In this document: in pieces, positions 17,479-25,903 of the stretch | Layout of the letters: each line of letters begins with the position of its first letter | Position numbering within the stretch: the stretch's first letter is position 1 | Source: a virus | IMG/VR virus record: IMGVR_UViG_3300042568_000467 | Span: 1 to 64,000 of that record | Direction: 5' to 3' (one strand) | DNA length: 64,000 nucleotides | Translations under genes and position numbers: made by a program | The notes under the pieces: model-generated | Told to the model about the DNA's origin: nothing | What the model saw: the letters and a program-made list of their open reading frames with translations, nothing else | Database searches by the model: none

Positions 17479-17879
17479 TTATTCTTTTTTCTTTTTTCTG
17501 CCAGGATTGAAAAATCTTTAACTTTAGTATCTCCCATATATGACCAAGCATATCCATCTTCAATCATCTGTTCATTAAGAGACTTTGTATTTCCGTCAAC
17601 ATAGACCCACCCTAGTATTCTTCCATACTTTTCTGAGCTATCTGGTTTTTCAGTTTTTACAACTATATCCTTAGCATCCTTAAGCTTATATTTTAAGTAA
17701 TCTTTTGATTCAATTCCAAGTGTTTTTTCAAACTTATCAGTTGTTCTAGACTCTGGTGTGTCAATTCCTGCCAACCTTAGTCTTTGAGAGTATGATATGC
17801 TAAATCCCAAATCAATATCAACATCGATAGTGTCTCCATCAACTACCTTAGTTACTTGTTTAATTCTGTATTCAAACAT
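17475..17879 (-). CDS. thermonuclease (SNase-like), no signal peptide
   Basis: VVDGDTID, RLAGIDTPE, KYGRILG, LNEQMIEDGYA; start at ATG 17879 after AAGGAG. Confidence 0.9.
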   Translation of the reverse strand: MFEYRIKQVTKVVDGDTIDVDIDLGFSISYSQRLRLAGIDTPESRTTDKFEKTLGIESKDYLKYKLKDAKDIVVKTEKPDSSEKYGRILGWVYVDGNTKSLNEQMIEDGYAWSYMGDTKVKDFSILAEKRKKNK

Positions 17880-17883
17880 ATCT

Positions 17884-18015
17884 CTCCTTAATTTTAAGGA
17901 GCAGTTTTTTACAGTCATACTCAGGACTATACCAGTTGTTTATAGTCGCTGTCTCCCCCGACTATCCTGGGCGGCGATGCCCGAATCTGCGACTCCCCAG
18001 TGACGGGGTGCAGAT
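17884..18015 (-). ncRNA. putative structured RNA / cis-regulatory leader with pseudoknot
   Basis: GC-rich island after TATAAT (18020-18025); four hairpins, an H-type pseudoknot and an SD-sequestering stem. Confidence 0.65.
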
Positions 18016-18029
18016 CTCTATTATACTAT

Positions 18030-18452
18030 TTATTTGATCTTGATAGTCTTTGGCTTCTTCTCTTCTGGCAAAATGCGTACGATATCGATCTTAAGCATTC
18101 CGTCCTTTAGTTCAGCAGCCTTTACTTCCATATATTCACCAAGAGCCCACTCACGAGTAAATTTACGGGCAGCAATTCCACGATGGATAAACTTCGAATC
18201 GTTATCCTCTGTGTTTAATTCTCCCTTTACAGTAAGCTTGCCGTCTGCTGTTGATACGTCAATATCTGTTTTAGCAAATCCAGCGACTGCTAGTTCGACA
18301 ACAAAGTTGTCTTCGTCTACCTTGATTACGTTATATGGTGGATAGTTAGTCGCACTCGATACCGTTTGAGCGTGGCTCCATGTATCTAAAGCTCTATCAA
18401 ATCCAATAAAAAAAGGATCCTTAAAAAGATCCCATGTATATGTTGTTACCAT
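18030..18452 (-). CDS. small heat-shock protein Hsp20 (IbpA-like)
   Basis: NYPPYNVI, ELAVAGF, HRGIAARKF, A.LKDGML.I, PEEKKPKTIKI. Confidence 0.95.
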   Translation of the reverse strand: MVTTYTWDLFKDPFFIGFDRALDTWSHAQTVSSATNYPPYNVIKVDEDNFVVELAVAGFAKTDIDVSTADGKLTVKGELNTEDNDSKFIHRGIAARKFTREWALGEYMEVKAAELKDGMLKIDIVRILPEEKKPKTIKIK

Positions 18453-18522
18453 TTTATTCCTCCTTCAAGCGAATAAGTTAATTTATAGGACCCCATTAGG
18501 GCATCCTATAATAATTATATCA
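18453..18522 (-). promoter_or_regulatory. hsp20 promoter and ROSE-like RNA thermometer
   Basis: TGATATAAT; 5' hairpin; UUAUUC-G-CUU-GAAG-GAG-GAAUAA pairs over the SD with a bulged G. Confidence 0.65.
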
Positions 18523-18528
18523 TAATCT

Positions 18529-18861
18529 TTAATCGTTTGGAATGTTTTTAAAATCTGCAGGGTCTATCTCTACAAGACCCTTTTCTTTAGCTATCCTGTG
18601 GCCTTCTTCGCTTAGACGTATTGTTGCCTCTAGATTTTCGTCGTATTGAACATCTACTAATCCAGCCTCGTACAGCTCAATTAAAGACTTATCAACATAG
18701 TCAATATGAGATTGCCACAGCTCTGGGGCAAGCTCTTTAGCCAGTTCTTGATCTATTGAATAAATCATTTCACCGCTTTCGTCCATGCCTTCAAGATTAA
18801 CAACTCCTATTTCTAGATAATAGGCTAACATTTCATCATCATCATTGTCTTCAAGATTCAT
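18529..18861 (-). CDS. acidic hypothetical protein
   Basis: 110-aa ORF. Confidence 0.7.
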   Translation of the reverse strand: MNLEDNDDDEMLAYYLEIGVVNLEGMDESGEMIYSIDQELAKELAPELWQSHIDYVDKSLIELYEAGLVDVQYDENLEATIRLSEEGHRIAKEKGLVEIDPADFKNIPND

Positions 18862-19108
18862 TTGAAATTACATTTTCGCTTTCGTTAATTGTTGTTTCTA
18901 CTAATTGCTGGACGTATTCAGAAAAATGTTTTCTAATGCTTCCTGATGGCCTAGAACCAAAAGACTTCCATATTCTCTTATACTCTACTACATTAGAAAA
19001 TGTTGTAGGGCATAGTGGTACGCCATTATATTCCTTTAGAACTGTAGGCAACGGTACGTGCTTGCCACAACATTTACATTCTTTAGCTCTTTCTTGATAT
19101 ATACTCAT
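18851..19108 (-). CDS. hypothetical Cys-containing protein
   Basis: CKCCG...LCP. Confidence 0.7.
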   Translation of the reverse strand: MSIYQERAKECKCCGKHVPLPTVLKEYNGVPLCPTTFSNVVEYKRIWKSFGSRPSGSIRKHFSEYVQQLVETTINESENVISNES

Positions 19109-20895
19109 ACTATTTCCATTCCGTCTAACATATCTGATAAGTTCTTAGGCATTCTTGGTGGCCTTATCATATTCATTACTATTTCATCTTCTTCTTTTTC
19201 TCTATCCCACTTTAAAGAGCTGTAGGTATGTATGTCTATCTCTTCATTGTTTTGTGGCCTGCTTCTGCTGATTGCGTTATATACAGAACCGCACACAGCA
19301 TCTGCTAAGTCTTTAGATCCTTTTCTTGGGTGATCAACCCTATCTCTCATAATTTTTAACTGAAGCAACTCATCAACAAGCAACTTAATTGCTGGCCCAT
19401 TTAGTCTGTCCTCAGCTACGACCATTGCCATATCGTCGTAATGTTTTTTTGCAACAGATAAATTTTCTGTATTAATACCATACTGTTTTAACTGTTGCAT
19501 CATGTCGTGTGAGTTCCATCTGTCAAACGTACAGACACGAATCTTAAATCCTTTTGTCCTAAGTGATAATATATAATCTTTAACCTCAGTAAAGTCTACA
19601 GACTTATCTGGAGTAGGCGTCCAATATCTGACTGCATCAACTTCTACAATTGGAGCTGGTTGAGAATATGTATCAGTTACTTTTACATTTACCCATTTTT
19701 GTACGTGTGCCATTGCAACAGCACAATGGTCATGCTTTTGGGCCAAGTCAACGTGCAAGAAATACTCTTTATCTGGATCTGGCGCAAACCAATTTTCAAA
19801 TCTTCCAAATTCGTCTACGGCTAAAGCTTTGTTGCTGAATGCGTTTTCAATTTTTTCTCTAGACTTAAAGAATGCATCTATAGCTTCTGAAGGCATGCAT
19901 GCAAATCTACCTAGTGCATCTGGTGCATTTTTATAAAAGGCTACCTTAAAATCATCAATACTTCTTGTTGGATTAATTTCCCAGGTTGGTCTTTTAAGGG
20001 CATACATTCTTGGATATTTATAGGACAAGATGTGATCTTCTTCCCACTCAATATCAAATTCATTACCATCTGTTCCGTCTGGCAAAGAGTCGTCGAGTTT
20101 AAAGTGGTGAGATCTAACTACCACTTCTTTTTCTGCAACAACGTCCTCATATCTCTGCTGAATATAGTCATTCTTATATCTTGGAAATGAAAGCAGAATA
20201 ACCTTTCCGTAGTCTGGAAAACGTGAATCGACTGATGCACGATACATCTCGTATATTGCACTACCAGTTTTAGCCTGCTCGTGTCCAGTTGTATTTTCTG
20301 TAGCAAAGCCTGAAATTTCATCAAGGATGATTACGATAACGTTATATCCTTCCCAGGCCTCACGCTCTGAGTGACCTGAGTGTACTGTTATATTCTTATT
20401 AAACTTTATCTCAGAAGCCTTTTCAGTATACTTTCCAGTAAACCATGGAGACTTATCTATTCGTGTTCTAAATCCCTTAAAGAAAACGTTGTTTGCCTGC
20501 TGTGCGTTAATAGCAATGTTAATGATATCAATAGAGTCTCCAGGAGGCTTTCCATAATACTGAGCTGGATCTTTAAGACACAATAGTAAATATACTATAT
20601 AGGCTACTGATATGGTTGAGCAGTAGTCTTTTCCAGAGCCTTTGCCAAGTTGAGCAACAACCTCATTGGCTGTTTGCTTAAACATTCTTTTGCCTTCGTC
20701 TTCTCCGAATAATTTAATGAGTGTAGACTCTTTATAAACCTGTGAAGACTTTTCAATTAATGTATATTGATATTCAGATAGAGGTGGTAAACCTAAGTAA
20801 TCTGGATTTGTTACAAATGTGCGTAGGTCCACTGGACGTTCATCAAATTCTTCGCCATCTAGAATATCAATTAAATCATTAAAATTAAGATCCAC
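19105..20895 (-). CDS. terL: terminase large subunit
   Basis: Walker A GKGSGKD, Walker B IILDE, nuclease motifs HVDLA, FDRW, KDLADA. Confidence 0.92.
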   Translation of the reverse strand: MDLNFNDLIDILDGEEFDERPVDLRTFVTNPDYLGLPPLSEYQYTLIEKSSQVYKESTLIKLFGEDEGKRMFKQTANEVVAQLGKGSGKDYCSTISVAYIVYLLLCLKDPAQYYGKPPGDSIDIINIAINAQQANNVFFKGFRTRIDKSPWFTGKYTEKASEIKFNKNITVHSGHSEREAWEGYNVIVIILDEISGFATENTTGHEQAKTGSAIYEMYRASVDSRFPDYGKVILLSFPRYKNDYIQQRYEDVVAEKEVVVRSHHFKLDDSLPDGTDGNEFDIEWEEDHILSYKYPRMYALKRPTWEINPTRSIDDFKVAFYKNAPDALGRFACMPSEAIDAFFKSREKIENAFSNKALAVDEFGRFENWFAPDPDKEYFLHVDLAQKHDHCAVAMAHVQKWVNVKVTDTYSQPAPIVEVDAVRYWTPTPDKSVDFTEVKDYILSLRTKGFKIRVCTFDRWNSHDMMQQLKQYGINTENLSVAKKHYDDMAMVVAEDRLNGPAIKLLVDELLQLKIMRDRVDHPRKGSKDLADAVCGSVYNAISRSRPQNNEEIDIHTYSSLKWDREKEEDEIVMNMIRPPRMPKNLSDMLDGMEIV

Positions 20896-21424
20896 TAGAT
20901 TCCTCAACTATCTCTATTGGCTCAACAATACCAGTGATCTGAGATAATCTTTTTGCCACATCCATTTTACACTTAGGGCAAGAGGCAGTTACTTCTTTTA
21001 ATATTTTTACAAGTATGTCTTGCTTACGTTCTGTTTCTGCAATTTGATTTGCTAATTCGGCATTATCTAGTAACCCGACTTCTTGAAGCATGCCTATTCT
21101 TTTACCTTCAATATCTGCAATAAGCTTTAATGCACCAGATTTAACACTTAATTGTCCCGCCTGATCTGCATCTTCTACAGTTTTCCACGCTTCTTTAATT
21201 AGCATGGCATAGTGTTGGTCTGCTCCTGAGATGGCCTCTTTAGCCCTTTCACGGGCCGCTGTGTCGTTGTGAACAACGCTCTTCCACTCATCTATCAACT
21301 CGACCACTTCGGCTCTCTTAAAGCCTGTTACGGTGGCAATTTGGGTAGGGTTATTTCCCTTAAGTAGTTCTGAGACCACTACGTTCATTCGATCAAAGTG
21401 ATCAGCTAATTCAATTTCAGACAT
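20885..21424 (-). CDS. putative terminase small subunit (HTH)
   Basis: N-terminal HTH, helical body, directly upstream of terL. Confidence 0.6.
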   Translation of the reverse strand: MSEIELADHFDRMNVVVSELLKGNNPTQIATVTGFKRAEVVELIDEWKSVVHNDTAARERAKEAISGADQHYAMLIKEAWKTVEDADQAGQLSVKSGALKLIADIEGKRIGMLQEVGLLDNAELANQIAETERKQDILVKILKEVTASCPKCKMDVAKRLSQITGIVEPIEIVEESSGS

Positions 21425-21429
21425 ATATT

Positions 21430-21460
21430 AGAGTATACTCTTAGTCGACTAAAAAATCAA
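21430..21460 (-). promoter_or_regulatory. leaderless promoter with two palindromes
   Basis: TTGATT-N17-TATACT-N7-ATG; TTAGTCGACTAA and AGAGTATACTCT. Confidence 0.6.
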
Positions 21461-21780
21461 CTGGATCTAGCTATTTTATAGAGAACTAGATATCCAATTA
21501 AATCATCGATATCATTATCTCCCGCAAACCCTTGGTTATTTTTTACTCTATTTAGCTTATCATCTATACGGACTTTTAATTGTTCTGTTGAATCCGCCGT
21601 TGAAAATATTCTAGCTGGCTCAAGTGCCGAGTTGCCGTATGAGATATTTTTTTCAATTAGCATATGTGCAATATCGTGGCAGGTTGTCCAAATAGCATTG
21701 CCAGCTGGGGCACCAACTGATTTTAAATATAGGTCTGAGCAATCAAACCTACTTACATCTTCAAATACTGGTTTTAACAT
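21457..21780 (-). CDS. DUF1599 / nucleotide-modification-associated domain 1 protein
   Basis: KNISYGNS...RIDDKLNR...DDLIGY. Confidence 0.7.
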   Translation of the reverse strand: MLKPVFEDVSRFDCSDLYLKSVGAPAGNAIWTTCHDIAHMLIEKNISYGNSALEPARIFSTADSTEQLKVRIDDKLNRVKNNQGFAGDNDIDDLIGYLVLYKIARSS

Positions 21781-21791
21781 TTAGCCGCCTT

Positions 21792-22409
21792 TTATTCGTG
21801 AATATGTTCTGGACGAACATAATCTGGATTCTTGCGTACCCAAACTTGCCATCCCTTTTCGATAACAGTTAGGTGCTCTGAGTACATGCTTACAAACATA
21901 TCGATTGCTGGTCCTGGATTATACTGAGATCCTCGTGGATGTGTCCATGCATAATCATCAATAGCCATAATTCCACCTGGCTTTAACAACTCCCATGAAA
22001 GCAAAGCATCCATCATAAATGCTTGTGGCATGTGGTCCCCATCAATATAAATAAAGTCATACTGCTTAGAGCGATTCTTCATAAGCCATTCATCGCTATA
22101 TGCTTTTTGTTTAATAAGCTGATCTTTAAATGGCTCAAGTTGCTGATCAAAAGCAGCTTCTACATCCGAGAAATCAAATGCTTCATGCACAATATTTCCA
22201 TTCCAAGGGTCTACACACGTAAGCTTTGATGTTTTATCTGTAAGAATATTTTCGATAGTCCATGCCGCACTATTGCCGCAAAATGAACCAATCTCTAAAA
22301 ACTTAAGATTAGGCTTGCCCCTAAATTCATTTAAAAGTCTATCAAAGTCATCTTGTGTTTTATTACCTAGAAACCAATTTGGTAACTTTTCTGCTAGCTC
22401 TCTGCTCAT
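21792..22409 (-). CDS. class I SAM-dependent methyltransferase (Methyltransf_24-like)
   Basis: LEIGSFCGNS, CVDPW, YDFIYIDGDH, LKPGGIMAIDDY. Confidence 0.88.
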   Translation of the reverse strand: MSRELAEKLPNWFLGNKTQDDFDRLLNEFRGKPNLKFLEIGSFCGNSAAWTIENILTDKTSKLTCVDPWNGNIVHEAFDFSDVEAAFDQQLEPFKDQLIKQKAYSDEWLMKNRSKQYDFIYIDGDHMPQAFMMDALLSWELLKPGGIMAIDDYAWTHPRGSQYNPGPAIDMFVSMYSEHLTVIEKGWQVWVRKNPDYVRPEHIHE

Positions 22410-23107
22410 TTATTTCTCTTTTCTGGCACTGGGTGGCCTGTTTCTTTTTCTTGAAAGGTTGATACTACATTATACAATTTACATCCCTTTTCTGCAATAG
22501 GACTCAGGGTATACGACTTAAATACCTCTGGTTGCCTATAAATATACCAGTCTATTGGCATTGTTAATCCATGAATTAAACACAAATTAAGAATTTTTTC
22601 TGCAGACTTTCTATTTAATATATAGCAAAGCATCGACCAGTCTTGATATGCTGGAACTATTTCGGAATGACCGTGAATATCCTGAAACCTAGTAAATTGA
22701 TTTTCATGCACAAAATAACTAAACACTTCCCAGTCTTTGGGAATAATGCTCATATAATATTCTAGAAGCTCGACAAACCTTTCTTGATTTGGAACATAGA
22801 TATCATCTTCCATTAACATAAGATATTCTTTATCTGTGTTTAAAAAATTTTTAATTGCCAATAAGTTGCTTGCCCATATGCCTAGCTCTCCCCACTTAAA
22901 CTCACGTTGAGTTTTAATCAAATTATGCTTTTCATTAAAATCAAAGTACTGGTCTTCGTTACTAATTAGAACTGTATCTGTTTCAAGTCTGTCCATTTTA
23001 GTTAACAAAAAATCATCAAGGCTTTTAAATAGGTCAGATCTTTGTTCGTGAGATTCCCCATATCCTGGGATATGAAAAACTTTATAGCAAAATTTATTGA
23101 GAGTCAT
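22406..23107 (-). CDS. glycosyltransferase family 25-like
   Basis: GELGIWASN, MLMEDDI, YILNRKSA, PIDW. Confidence 0.8.
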   Translation of the reverse strand: MTLNKFCYKVFHIPGYGESHEQRSDLFKSLDDFLLTKMDRLETDTVLISNEDQYFDFNEKHNLIKTQREFKWGELGIWASNLLAIKNFLNTDKEYLMLMEDDIYVPNQERFVELLEYYMSIIPKDWEVFSYFVHENQFTRFQDIHGHSEIVPAYQDWSMLCYILNRKSAEKILNLCLIHGLTMPIDWYIYRQPEVFKSYTLSPIAEKGCKLYNVVSTFQEKETGHPVPEKRNK

Positions 23108-23250
23108 CTTTTTTTAATAAGTCCAAACTGTTCTAGGTATCTCTGTATGGTCATAGCGGATACTCCGCACTCTTTTCCTATCTCAGTTACAGTTTTCTTT
23201 TGAACTACATACCTTCTATATAGCCACTCCTTGCTTTGATAAAACTTCAT
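23104..23250 (-). CDS. small HTH DNA-binding protein (48 aa)
   Basis: WLYRRY...TVTEIGKECGVSAMTIQRYL; coupled ORF absent from the track. Confidence 0.7.
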   Translation of the reverse strand: MKFYQSKEWLYRRYVVQKKTVTEIGKECGVSAMTIQRYLEQFGLIKKR

Positions 23251-23813
23251 CTTTCAGTAAGCACCTTATTAGCATAATGAGCGATGCCGAATGCATCTGC
23301 TACGTCAAAATCTGTTATGGATAGGCCGTACTTATTATTAAAATAATCCACGGTTCTTTGCTTACGCATATTTCTTAATTGAGTTTTATACCAAGAGTCT
23401 GCGTATCCTGGACTCTTTAATCTTATTGCAGACTTCTCATCTTTCGTTGGATTTTTGTTGCCAATGAACGCCTGCCACGAGGATGGGCTAATAGTAATAA
23501 CCTTAGAGCCAGTAGACATAAGCTCAGCAATAACAACTCCATATACATAAGACAATTTTATCACAGCATCAGGTGATCTGACAAGTATTGCACCCTCTAC
23601 CGCAATATAATCTGATTTTAATTCTTCTAGCATAGCGTGTGTTTTAACCTTTGCGTCATATATCTTTTCATATATATCGGCCCCTACAAATTCTATTTTA
23701 CCCCATTTTAATGGCTTATCATTTTCCATTAGGCAGAAGGCAACAGAGTTTGTTGATGCATCTATCCCTAAAACTTTATTTGCTCTGGTCTTTACAAGGT
23801 CAGCTAATTTCAT
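23247..23813 (-). CDS. ruvC: RuvC-like Holliday junction resolvase
   Basis: VLGIDAS, IAVE, DVADAFGIA. Confidence 0.8.
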   Translation of the reverse strand: MKLADLVKTRANKVLGIDASTNSVAFCLMENDKPLKWGKIEFVGADIYEKIYDAKVKTHAMLEELKSDYIAVEGAILVRSPDAVIKLSYVYGVVIAELMSTGSKVITISPSSWQAFIGNKNPTKDEKSAIRLKSPGYADSWYKTQLRNMRKQRTVDYFNNKYGLSITDFDVADAFGIAHYANKVLTER

Positions 23814-24084
23814 CTAGCATTCCCTTAATCTTATTTTTTGATGTTATATCTATTTTTTTCTGGCAAGCTGCACATAACGAAGTGTCATTATACCTACTTA
23901 GCTGTGCTTTACATTTTTTACATCCACGTGCAGCACCATTTCTAATAGCTTTTTTTTCATAATACTTTTCCATAATTCTTTTATTAGTTGCAATTCTGCA
24001 GCACTCATCGGAACAATATTTTTGATTATGGGTTTTAGGCTCAAACTCTTTACCGTTTAAGCAGTCTTTGTTTGCACAAATCAC
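23800..24084 (-). CDS. Zn-finger protein
   Basis: Multiple Cys pairs including KYCS..C. Confidence 0.7.
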   Translation of the reverse strand: MICANKDCLNGKEFEPKTHNQKYCSDECCRIATNKRIMEKYYEKKAIRNGAARGCKKCKAQLSRYNDTSLCAACQKKIDITSKNKIKGMLDEIS

Positions 24085-24866
24085 AGCTTTGGAACCTTAT
24101 ACGATTCTATTTGAACTGTTCCAGTTAGCCCTGCATAACATTCCTTTTTAATAGGGCAATATGTGCATGGCATCTTAGACTTTGAGGCGCCAGCTGGACG
24201 CATAGGAAGATCTCCTTCTTTAAAGTTATCCCAGACTTCGCACATCCAGGTAAAAGCTTCCTCAATAATTGCCTTATTTTTTTCGTTCATAGATACTGGA
24301 ATAACAATAAGCTCCTGTGTATTCTTATTTTCATAAAGAAAGAAGCCTTCTTTAGCATTTTTTAATTTCATATACGTAAGCAATTGAAGAAGGTGATTTG
24401 TTGTAGGTTTCATTTCTGCCTGTCTTTGATCCCACACTTCTTGCTTTGCTGTTTTAATTTCTCCAATTACAGTTTCTGCGTCATACTCCATAATTAAATC
24501 TATAAAGCCACGGATGGGAGGGTATTCATTTACAATTTCTTCTTCTTCGGCTTTCCATTCTGGCATAGTACTAATTAGTTTTTGTAATCTTTCGTGAGCC
24601 TGAGTTCCTTGAGCCATATTAGCAACGGCTACTGCATCATTATCATCAATAAACATAGCACCACTAAAAGCCATATACCAGTATCTTGGGCATGTTCCGT
24701 GACCGTATCCAAGTGTGCTTGGACTAAAAGACTTTTTAGTCATTTCGCCATCAGCACGTTTGGTATTACGATATGACTCATCTAAAAGCTGAGCAAATTT
24801 TTCTGGATCGAAGTGCTTGCCAGCATGCTTCTTAAACTTAAGGTTCTTTACTATATCTCTACCCAT
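24081..24866 (-). CDS. Cas4/RecB-like PD-(D/E)xK exonuclease
   Basis: CPR, GT..H, GFID, EIKT, QL..Y, C-terminal CTYCP...C. Confidence 0.85.
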   Translation of the reverse strand: MGRDIVKNLKFKKHAGKHFDPEKFAQLLDESYRNTKRADGEMTKKSFSPSTLGYGHGTCPRYWYMAFSGAMFIDDNDAVAVANMAQGTQAHERLQKLISTMPEWKAEEEEIVNEYPPIRGFIDLIMEYDAETVIGEIKTAKQEVWDQRQAEMKPTTNHLLQLLTYMKLKNAKEGFFLYENKNTQELIVIPVSMNEKNKAIIEEAFTWMCEVWDNFKEGDLPMRPAGASKSKMPCTYCPIKKECYAGLTGTVQIESYKVPKL

Positions 24867-25204
24867 TATGAATTGTACCTAACGACATACTTAAGTGCAT
24901 CTACAAGTTTGTCTATGGACTCCTTTGCTGAATAATAAATATTCTTTTTGTTGTTGTTTGTAGTTCCAGCTTTATCTTTAGCAATTGTTGAATAGTAAGA
25001 CGCCATCATAGAAAACTTAGTAGACATTGCTTGAAGCTCGATAATTAAATACGGTGCCTTTGCAGAAGGAACATCTGGATTCATTAATAGTTTTACTACA
25101 ATAGAAAGTGCCCTATCTAGTTGGTCATCGCCCATATACTCATGTAGGTCATTGAACTCCGTAATAGAACTAATTAACTCTAAAGTATTCTTATCTTCTA
25201 CCAT
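24866..25204 (-). CDS. hypothetical protein
   Basis: 112-aa helical ORF in the recombination cluster. Confidence 0.7.
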   Translation of the reverse strand: MVEDKNTLELISSITEFNDLHEYMGDDQLDRALSIVVKLLMNPDVPSAKAPYLIIELQAMSTKFSMMASYYSTIAKDKAGTTNNNKKNIYYSAKESIDKLVDALKYVVRYNS

Positions 25205-25295
25205 TTTTCATCCTCTTATCTATCTTGTCTATAAATAAACCTAAGCCATAGCCAATAACAAAGCCCAGCATTAACCCTAGCAAAAACATTGTCAT
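25191..25295 (-). CDS. small single-TM protein (34 aa)
   Basis: MTMFLLGLMLGFVIGYGLGLFID... Confidence 0.5.
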   Translation of the reverse strand: MTMFLLGLMLGFVIGYGLGLFIDKIDKRMKNGRR

Positions 25296-25403
25296 TACTT
25301 AGTCTTCTTATGATTTACTATATAAGGACCAACTACTGATCGCACTGTCCCATCTTTACGAATCTTTATAATCATACCATTTCTAATAATAGTATCGTTA
25401 AAT

Positions 25404-25718
25404 CTACGCTTGTTTGCCATTGTTGTCCTCCCAAAACTGAATTAGTTCTTCTAACACAGCCCACTCAATAATTCCAAGACGAACCTTGGAATCTGTTCCT
25501 ATAATAATCTTTAGCGCTGGATGCATATCCCTACTAACTTTAAATGTGTCAGTGCATATTTTAGACCACACTGGCTTATTTAAAGTAAAAGAAGATGAGG
25601 CCTCTTTATAATCCACCAAGAACTGATTCCATTTGGCATCACCCTTTTGGTAATCTCCACGACCACTATTCTTTTGTGCTTTAGCACCATCTCTTTTTAC
25701 TTCAGATCTTTCTGACAT
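25404..25718 (-). CDS. Hjc-like PD-(D/E)xK endonuclease/resolvase
   Basis: SE...NSG...KGD...LVDYK. Confidence 0.6.
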   Translation of the reverse strand: MSERSEVKRDGAKAQKNSGRGDYQKGDAKWNQFLVDYKEASSSFTLNKPVWSKICTDTFKVSRDMHPALKIIIGTDSKVRLGIIEWAVLEELIQFWEDNNGKQA

Positions 25719-25903
25719 TAGTTAACCCTAAATGAATTCTTATGACCATCTGGACATTCCCAGCTCATAGTCAAAGACATAGCATCCCAAAAATATTCTT
25801 CTGCATCTTTGTCGCATTTAGCACAGGGTTTCTTGCCTCCAAAGCGCTCTAGCTCTGGGCTGTGAATTTTTTCTGAAGAAATAAATTCATTAAGATTTGG
25901 CAC
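25718..25903 (-). CDS. small Zn-ribbon protein
   Basis: CAKC...CPDGH. Confidence 0.65.
   Translation of the reverse strand: MPNLNEFISSEKIHSPELERFGGKKPCAKCDKDAEEYFWDAMSLTMSWECPDGHKNSFRVN

Noticed and set aside
17899-17931. CUGAGUAUGA as a hammerhead core, or the RNA as tRNA/tmRNA/preQ1
   Set aside because: No CUGANGA plus GAAA three-stem junction, no T-arm or CCA, no tag ORF, and the loop does not match the preQ1-I consensus as I recall it
17880-18003. Extended SNase start at 17918 and plus-strand ORF 17797-18003
   Set aside because: The SD points to ATG 17879; the region is better explained as structured RNA
24081-24866. Cas4-like gene as a CRISPR-Cas system
   Set aside because: No repeat-spacer array or other cas genes seen; solo Cas4-like nucleases are common in phage recombination modules
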